Position numbers and translations under genes: made by a program. A stretch of DNA of 64,000 nt, taken from assembly GCA_964520795.1 (NCBI GenBank), contig CAZFQC010000002.1, positions 5,069-69,068 on the forward strand, given 5' to 3'. Below the pieces are notes generated by a model. The model saw only the letters and a list, made by a program, of their open reading frames with translations, was not told where the DNA came from and searched no databases. Source of the stretch: an uncultured Brevundimonas sp. Its GTDB lineage: Bacteria > Pseudomonadota > Alphaproteobacteria > Caulobacterales > Caulobacteraceae. Below, in pieces: positions 58,209-64,000 of this stretch (its first letter is position 1; the number at the start of each line of letters is the position of its first letter).

Positions 58209-59998
58209 CGGTCCCGGGACCCGCAGACCATGGCTATCTGATCCTTGACCAGCGGGATCTCGGCGAGGCGTCCCGCGCGCCGGTCGAGGCCGCGATCGCG
58301 GACCTGGTGCGCAAGGGGTGGCGCGCCTCGCACGCGGTCGAGGACCTGCAAGTCCTGCTCGGTCCGCGCGCGCGTCTCAGGGTCCGCCAGGTCGGCCGCC
58401 GTCATGTCCTGATCGGCGACTGGCGTGGGCCCAGGCCGCTGTCGACCCTTGTGGCCGTCAACAGTCGACCGGCGGACCTTGCCCGGGCGGTCGTCGGCGC
58501 CGGCTGGGGGCGCTACATCCTCGCCTGGCGCGACGACGAGGGCCGCCTCGCCCTGCTGCGCGATCCCACCGGCGCCGTCGACTGCGTCTGGTGGCGCCAT
58601 GGCGGGGCCGTGCTGGCGGTCGCGGAGCCGCCGCGCGAACTCGATCCGCTCCTGCCCGCGGACCTGGCCATCGAATGGACCGTGCTGCGCGAGATCGCCG
58701 AGGCCCCCGAGCTGCTCGGCGACCGCCTGGCGCTGACGGGGCTGACCGCGGTCAATCCCGGGACGCTCGCCCTGATCGCCGGGGACCAGGCGTCCATACC
58801 GGTGTGGCGGCCCTCGACCTTCTGCCGGGCGGGCGCCGGGTGGGACGAAAGCCTCGGCGGCCTGGCCGGGGTGGTGGATGAAACGGTCGCCGACCTGGTC
58901 GATCCGCACCGCCGGGTCGTGGCCGAACTCTCCGGCGGACTGGATTCGGCCATCGTCGCCGGCAGTCTGGCCGCGACCGGCCGGGCCGGGCGGGCCCGGT
59001 TCCTCAACTTCCATGGCGACTGGCGCGAAGGCGACGAGCGGCCATGGGCCGAGGCCGTCGCCCACAGGCTGAAGCTCGACCTCGCCACGGTCCGCAAGCC
59101 GGTCGAGGCCATCACCCTGCGCCAGCTGCGCCCGCTGGGCGAGAGCGTGCGTCCGGCGCTCCAGGGCGTCGATGTCACCTATGACGGCGAGGTCGCCGCG
59201 CGCATGCGCCGGGGCCGGGCCACGGCCCTGCTGACCGGGCAGGGCGGGGACGCGGTCTTCTTCCAGGCGCCCGATCCCGCGGTAGCGGCTGACCGCTTCC
59301 GGCGCGAAGGGCCGCCCGGCCTCTCGCCGGCCTTCCTCGCCGCCGTGGGGCGCTGGACGCGTCATTCGGCCTGGACCGTGCTCGGTTGCGCCCTGGGACT
59401 GCGCGCCACCGGACCCCGGCCCGCGTCCGGGCGGCGGCATCCGTGGCTGGAGGACATCGAGGATCTGCCGCCGGCCAAGACCGGACAGCTGCGCCAGTTC
59501 GTCAACGCCCAGCTGTTCTGGGGCGACTGCCTGCGCGCCCGCGCCGGGGATCTGCTTCATCCCCTGCTGAGCCAGCCGGTGGTCGAGCATTGCCTCGCCA
59601 TCCCCGCCGACCGGCTGATCGCGGGCGTGCGCGATCGCGGTCTGGCGCGCCGGGCCTTCGCCGACCGCCTGCCGCCGATGCTGATCGAGCGCCGCAACAA
59701 GGGCGATCTCAGCTGCTTCTACGGCCATGTCACCCGCGCCAGTCTCGCGACCCTGAGGCCGTTGCTGCTCAACGGTCTTCAGGTCGACCAGGGGCTATTG
59801 GACGGCAAGACCCTGGAGCGGGACCTGGCGGAGGAGCGGTTGATCGTCGGGCCGGGCTACAACCGGTTGCTGGTCGGCGCCGTCCTGGAGGTCTGGGCGC
59901 AGCACTGGGAGGGGCGGATCGCCGATGTTCGTCGGGCCCGCGTCGCGACTGCGGTCTACGCGCAGCCAGCGCCGCTGGTGTCGAACGGGCGCGACTAG
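58205..59998 (+). CDS. Lasso cyclase (asparagine synthetase-like C protein)
   Basis: LRDPTG, ELSGGLDSAIV, LTGQGGDAVF, HPLLSQPVVE, RGLAR, RRNKG. Confidence 0.93.
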   Translation: MTVPGPADHGYLILDQRDLGEASRAPVEAAIADLVRKGWRASHAVEDLQVLLGPRARLRVRQVGRRHVLIGDWRGPRPLSTLVAVNSRPADLARAVVGAGWGRYILAWRDDEGRLALLRDPTGAVDCVWWRHGGAVLAVAEPPRELDPLLPADLAIEWTVLREIAEAPELLGDRLALTGLTAVNPGTLALIAGDQASIPVWRPSTFCRAGAGWDESLGGLAGVVDETVADLVDPHRRVVAELSGGLDSAIVAGSLAATGRAGRARFLNFHGDWREGDERPWAEAVAHRLKLDLATVRKPVEAITLRQLRPLGESVRPALQGVDVTYDGEVAARMRRGRATALLTGQGGDAVFFQAPDPAVAADRFRREGPPGLSPAFLAAVGRWTRHSAWTVLGCALGLRATGPRPASGRRHPWLEDIEDLPPAKTGQLRQFVNAQLFWGDCLRARAGDLLHPLLSQPVVEHCLAIPADRLIAGVRDRGLARRAFADRLPPMLIERRNKGDLSCFYGHVTRASLATLRPLLLNGLQVDQGLLDGKTLERDLAEERLIVGPGYNRLLVGAVLEVWAQHWEGRIADVRRARVATAVYAQPAPLVSNGRD

Positions 59999-60163
59999 GA
60001 AGACTCTCGGATTGGTCGAGGCTAATTCCGAGGTCCACACTGCGGCACCATGTGATTCTCGGCTCTTAGCAGACCTTAACGACGATGATCGACGCTAACG
60101 GAAAAAACGGGCGAGTCTCCGAATAGGCTGGGCTCCGTCTTCGTCTCGGCCTCCATCCTTCTC

Positions 60164-60410
60164 GTGGCGGGTGCCTGCTCTCAGGACCCATCGGGCCATG
60201 CCTCCGATTGGATGCCTACCGCATGGATAGGGGCTGCTGAGAAATTGACAGAAGAGGTACGAGCTACCTGTCAGGCATCGGGCGGCGAAGTTGGCCGGGG
60301 CGGCTTGTCTTCAGGAGACCGATGCATCGTGCCTTATCCCGATGGAGGTATGCCGTGCACCTCCAGCACTCAAAGCGCTGGTGCCTGTCTCGCGGCGTCG
60401 CCCCCGTCTT
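60164..60410 (+). pseudogene. Degenerate Cys-rich lipoprotein fragment
   Basis: LVAGAC..CQASGG..RGG..CIVPYPDGGMPCTSSTQSAGACL; no clear start. Confidence 0.35.
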
Positions 60411-60519
60411 ATCCCTCGTCGGGCGGCAGCGGCGGTGGCCGGAGCAGCGGTGGCGAGCTGTGGGTCCGGGCTGGGGTTTCGGTTGCTCCAGCGTTAGTGG
60501 GTTCCTGCCGAATCCGGGT

Positions 60520-60978
60520 TCATCTAATGCAACCAGCGCTCACGGCCTCGGCGAGGAGGGGCTGCTGAGGATCCATAGACGCAAGCGTCATCGACACCTG
60601 AGCACTTGAACCTGCCACGAGCGCCGCGCAGCGTTCACGGTCTCTTGCGCAATAGACCGTCACCAAGCGCATCCTGGGCGAACCGGACGCTCCGGGAACA
60701 CAGACCAAAACCTCGTCTCCCAGCCGAACGGTTCCTTCCCGCATTGCACTAGATCGGATTGCTACGTTCAACGACGCCTCGCCTGCCCTCAGGCTGGTCA
60801 CGTCTAAAGCCCGCCCCGCCTGATGCATCGCCGTCGTGGACTTCTCGGACCCCGTCGGGAGAGCGCGAATTCCCTCCCTTGGTCGCTCTTGTACACTCGG
60901 AGGTGCGCAAGCGCTCGCAGGACCTATTGCGAGCAGGGCCACCGCAATCCAACTCAGTCGGCGCACAAGCTGCTCCAT
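60520..60978 (-). CDS. Hypothetical exported protein
   Basis: Signal-like LSWIAVALLAIGPASAC. Confidence 0.4.
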   Translation of the reverse strand: MEQLVRRLSWIAVALLAIGPASACAPPSVQERPREGIRALPTGSEKSTTAMHQAGRALDVTSLRAGEASLNVAIRSSAMREGTVRLGDEVLVCVPGASGSPRMRLVTVYCARDRERCAALVAGSSAQVSMTLASMDPQQPLLAEAVSAGCIR

Positions 60979-61020
60979 CAATGCCGGACCATGGACCCAT
61001 AGCGTCCGGATTCTTAACAA

Positions 61021-61383
61021 TTACTCGAGCAAGAACCAACCTGTATCTGACGAAGAGGACCACATCTCCAAGACGGGGGACATCGGCTCTTCAGGAAGGA
61101 GGGCCGCACCACTGGGTGCCGTCTCCATCTCTCCATCAGTCAGGTTTCTCCACTGACCATCGAACTCATCGATACTGCCGTTCTCGTTAAAACGTCGACC
61201 TACATCGAACCAACCATCATCGTCGTGATCGAACCACATTGATCCGTCGGTCATTTGCGTCATCGTGCCATACCTACCACTTTCGAGATAGTAATGGCCG
61301 GTAGCGGCTACATCCGTCACCGGATTGTAGTTTTGCGCCCAGTAGTTGGAAACATCCTGTTCCTGTATTGACGGACCCGGCAT
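61021..61383 (-). CDS. Hypothetical acidic protein
   Basis: ggagg RBS before the ATG at 61383; DHDDDGWFD resembles a Ca-binding loop; lower GC. Confidence 0.5.
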   Translation of the reverse strand: MPGPSIQEQDVSNYWAQNYNPVTDVAATGHYYLESGRYGTMTQMTDGSMWFDHDDDGWFDVGRRFNENGSIDEFDGQWRNLTDGEMETAPSGAALLPEEPMSPVLEMWSSSSDTGWFLLE

Positions 61384-61558
61384 ACCCACCTCCGATTGAT
61401 GATAAGATAACTTGTATCAAGGCGATGATTTATACGCGAGTCAACCACAATCTAAACGGGTGACCCTGAATCCCGTAGGCAATCAACAGGGCATCCGTCC
61501 CTAGTCCCACTTTGCAAAATGCAGGAATAAAAAGTCGGGCTGCGCCGTTGTCGCTAAC

Positions 61559-61622
61559 GTCCGCTTTCGGGGAAAAAGCCTTTGACCGCTTCCCCCCCAT
61601 AGCCGACTTCCAACATGTCCGC
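61559..61622 (+). repeat. Complete four-arm GTCCGC site (A-B-C-D) upstream of the recombinase
   Basis: gtccgc-N19-gaccgc-N12-gccgac-N9-gtccgc. Confidence 0.8.
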
Positions 61623-61672
61623 TTTCCGGCGTGGAGCGTTTGCGTCTTTTGGGGGACTTCAAGGAGGGCGTC

Positions 61673-62299
61673 ATGGCCCAGACAGATCTCTTCACGTTCC
61701 CATCCAAACCCTGGAACGCTGGTCGACTCGTTGGTGCGAAGGCACCGCTGAAACCGAAACACATCTGGGGGATCCGCCAGCAGCTAAGGACGACCGGCCG
61801 GGTCCGTGATCTGGCCATGTTCAACTGCGCTTTGGACACGAAGCTGAGAGGCTGCGACCTCGTAAAACTGCGCCTCGGGGACGTGGCGCAGAGCGGTACT
61901 CTTCGCGAGAGGTCGATCATCGTTCAGCAAAAAACTGGTCGGCCCGTGCCGTTCGAGATCACGCCGCCCACGCGTGACGCCCTCGCCCGATGGCTAGAAG
62001 TCCGTGGCGACCAAGCAGGGGACTGGCTGTTTCCCAGCCGCGTTAGGCAAGGCGAGCACATCAGCACGCGCCAGTATGCTCGTCTCGTGGACACCTGGGT
62101 TCGGATGATCGAACTGGATGTCGGCGGATACGGCACCCACAGCCTGCGCAGGACCAAGGTCGCGCTGATCTACAAAAAGACCGGAAACCTCCGCGCGTGC
62201 CAGTTGCTGCTTGGGCACGGGAAGCTGGAGAGCACCGTGCGCTATCTCGGCATAGAGGTTGATGACGCCTTGGCCCTTTCGGAGCAGATTGAGCTGTAG
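61673..62299 (+). CDS. Short tyrosine recombinase (catalytic domain only, about 208 aa)
   Basis: PWNAG..KAPLKP; KLRGCDL (R), QKTG (K), HSLRR (HxxR), LLGH, RYLG (Y); aaggagg RBS. Confidence 0.92.
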   Translation: MAQTDLFTFPSKPWNAGRLVGAKAPLKPKHIWGIRQQLRTTGRVRDLAMFNCALDTKLRGCDLVKLRLGDVAQSGTLRERSIIVQQKTGRPVPFEITPPTRDALARWLEVRGDQAGDWLFPSRVRQGEHISTRQYARLVDTWVRMIELDVGGYGTHSLRRTKVALIYKKTGNLRACQLLLGHGKLESTVRYLGIEVDDALALSEQIEL

Positions 62300-62314
62300 G
62301 CATCGCGCCCGAAA

Positions 62315-62353
62315 GCGGACACTCCCGAGGTCCGCTACGGGGGGAAAGCGGAC
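62315..62353 (-). repeat. GTCCGC multi-arm site (B-C-D, inverted)
   Basis: gcggac-N9-gtccgc-N12-gcggac. Confidence 0.85.
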
Positions 62354-62358
62354 CTAAC

Positions 62359-62775
62359 TCATAGCAACTCGGCGGCTGCGCCTTCACGAGGGATTTCAGA
62401 GGACGTCTGAAACCAATCGACGTTTGTTGAGACCGCAGCCACGTCGCCGCATGCGGTCCATTCGATGTAGTAGCGGTTCTCCGGCACCTTCTCTCGGCCA
62501 TAGTAAAACCACTCCCAGCGAACACGTGACGCTTCGAGGATTTCAAATCGGGCGGGCGAGATGTCCCATCGCGAGGGATGCCAGACGGTAAGGGTTTCGC
62601 CCTCATCGAACGTGAACTGGACGCCATCCACCAGAGGCGAGCAGCCAACAAGCTGGTGGATGTTGTCGTATGGCCGCCCGAAGAACTTCCCCCAAACTCT
62701 TAGGGAGCCATGCTTCACCAAGGGCAACGCCTGTGCGACGGCGTCGCAGATGGCGTTCGGAATCGTCGCGGTCAT
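62359..62775 (-). CDS. Hypothetical protein (cassette-like)
   Basis: GSLRVWGKFFGRPYDNIH..VRWEWFYYG; bounded by GTCCGC sites. Confidence 0.7.
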   Translation of the reverse strand: MTATIPNAICDAVAQALPLVKHGSLRVWGKFFGRPYDNIHQLVGCSPLVDGVQFTFDEGETLTVWHPSRWDISPARFEILEASRVRWEWFYYGREKVPENRYYIEWTACGDVAAVSTNVDWFQTSSEIPREGAAAELL

Positions 62776-62816
62776 CAAACGCTTCTCGCAAGCTTCGACA
62801 GCGACGCATAGGGGAA

Positions 62817-62840
62817 GTCCGCTATGGGTGGGAAGCGGAC
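62817..62840. repeat. GTCCGC core site (B-C)
   Basis: gtccgc-tatgggtgggaa-gcggac. Confidence 0.85.
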
Positions 62841-62898
62841 AGTCCCGGCAGGGCAACTTTAACAAGAGGGCTGGTGCGATCAGCACGCTTCAACGAGT

Positions 62899-63375
62899 AT
62901 GATGGCGGCAACGGCGGGGGAGATCATGTCGTATAACGTCCCGACCATGGTTAGCAGCGAGCCACATGGACGCTTGGGTTTGTCGGCTCTTTCCCATGGC
63001 ATCGATCCAGCCGTCACCGTGGCGAGCCAGATCGCATTCGTGCTTGCTTGCATCACCTTGGTGATCGTCGTGATTGACGTTGTAACGAGAGGCCGCTTGC
63101 GGAAGACGAGCTTGGCGTCCGCCTACTTTCTCACATGCATCTCTCCTGTCATTGCGGTCTATGCCGCAGCGATAGGCACGCTCAACCAGTGGGGCGTGCT
63201 CGACGACCAACCTGTCCCGCTCTCGCACTTGGTCGTCATCAATGGCGGCTTCGCCTTCATGATGGGCAGCCTGTTTACGGGCCTTGGCGTTGTGCTGACT
63301 TTAGTTCTCAAGCTCGACGACGCTTGGCGAGGTCGAAAGGCGACCAGACCCGAGAGGGAAGCCAAACCGGGCTGA
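62899..63375 (+). CDS. Hypothetical 3-TM membrane protein (cassette-like)
   Basis: Three hydrophobic segments; bounded by GTCCGC sites. Confidence 0.55.
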   Translation: MMAATAGEIMSYNVPTMVSSEPHGRLGLSALSHGIDPAVTVASQIAFVLACITLVIVVIDVVTRGRLRKTSLASAYFLTCISPVIAVYAAAIGTLNQWGVLDDQPVPLSHLVVINGGFAFMMGSLFTGLGVVLTLVLKLDDAWRGRKATRPEREAKPG

Positions 63376-63430
63376 CGATCCGTCTGCAATGGGTCGGGAG
63401 CGGACGTGCGGATCAGAGGAGAAGGCGGAC
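63367..63430 (-). repeat. Four-arm GTCCGC site (inverted)
   Basis: ccgggc-N9-gtctgc-N12-gcggac-N19-gcggac. Confidence 0.8.
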
Positions 63431-64000
63431 ATTCTAATCGCTCGGGCGAATGCCCTTGCATCACCCGTCCCGACGACGTGCAATGTGCTTTAGACCAACT
63501 CTGGGGAGGCGTTTGGGATGGCACTTAGCTGGGTCAGCGTGACGCGATCTGGAGTCGCTGGGGCCGTTTGTCTCTGCGTGTCAGCGTGCGGCGAGCCAGC
63601 CCGGACCGACGCGGCTTTGATCGAAGAGTTGCGGTTCAACCGGGCAGGCTTTGAAGAGGCCATTCAGGTGGCTTGTGAGACGCCCGCCATCACTGATTTC
63701 GAACTCAGAAGCGGCAAACCGCCTGAGACGAGGCCAGCATCTCTCGACCCTATTCGGGTTCAGTCCCTCCGGACATTTATGGAGAGGCACGCAGTTAGCA
63801 GGGCATATTTCGAGTGCGGTTCTCCTGTCGTCGCTTCGTTCGACGTTGCGTCCGTGGGCGTCGGCGTTTCAGGCCAGTCAAAGAAACTGATGTTCAGTCC
63901 GGGCGGAGTGCCAGAGAGTTTTGGCGGGCCGCTAGTTGCCGACACGGACGCGGCGGTAGCTGCCGGGAACGGAAAATCGCTTACGGTGCACCGCGATATC

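Larger units (their letters stand above)
21873..60000. mobile_element. Conjugative element (ICE or plasmid-derived) with MOBP relaxase and VirB/D4 T4SS; boundaries approximate
   Basis: ParB, SNase, DUF736, ArdC, oriT, MobC, relaxase, LPD7, VirD4 and VirB1-11 in the expected arrangement. No att sites, canonical integrase or rep gene identified. Confidence 0.8.

Noticed and set aside
61559-63430. Classical integron (IntI + attC) or CRISPR array
   Set aside because: The recombinase is too short for IntI, the sites lack attC RYYYAAC/GTTRRRY ends, and the repeats are neither identical nor regularly spaced. No cas genes are present.
63927-63949. Further GTCCGC-type core (ggccgc-N11-acggac)
   Set aside because: The spacer is 11 rather than 12, both arms are mismatched and it lies at the window edge; not counted.
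1-64000. tRNA or rRNA genes
   Set aside because: No cloverleaf or rRNA-like sequence was recognised by eye. A tRNAscan/Infernal run would be needed to exclude small RNAs.

Overview
High-GC alphaproteobacterial DNA, Caulobacteraceae/Brevundimonas-like by gene content. It has four parts. (1) 1-13.2 kb: a SigF/NrsF (ECF16) island with two convergent bufferin-type RiPP clusters (BufA/MNIO/DUF2063, DoxX). Seven exact GTAAC-N16-CGAA promoters also sit upstream of a TonB-dependent receptor, a hybrid kinase and a hydrolase-acyltransferase pair. (2) 13.3-21.5 kb: redox/hydrolase cargo and two HEPN-like genes. (3) About 21.8-60 kb: a conjugative element (ParB, SNase, DUF736, broken ardC, RP4-like oriT, MobC/relaxase, VirB1-11/VirD4). 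It carries CBASS (Cap15 + CD-NTase), Pycsar (cyclase + E2-like + cNMP-TIR), a RosmerTA-like pair, HipBA and a lasso-peptide cluster. (4) 60-64 kb: small orphan ORFs around a catalytic-domain-only tyrosine recombinase. There are two main findings. First, a dispersed four-arm site, GTCCGC-N19-GTCCGC-N12-GCGGAC-N9-GTCCGC, recurs with fixed spacings around the recombinase and at the borders of the defence modules, suggesting an integron-like cassette system. Second, the lasso precursor holds two leader-core units in one ORF. All family assignments come from motif recognition by eye; no database searches were run.
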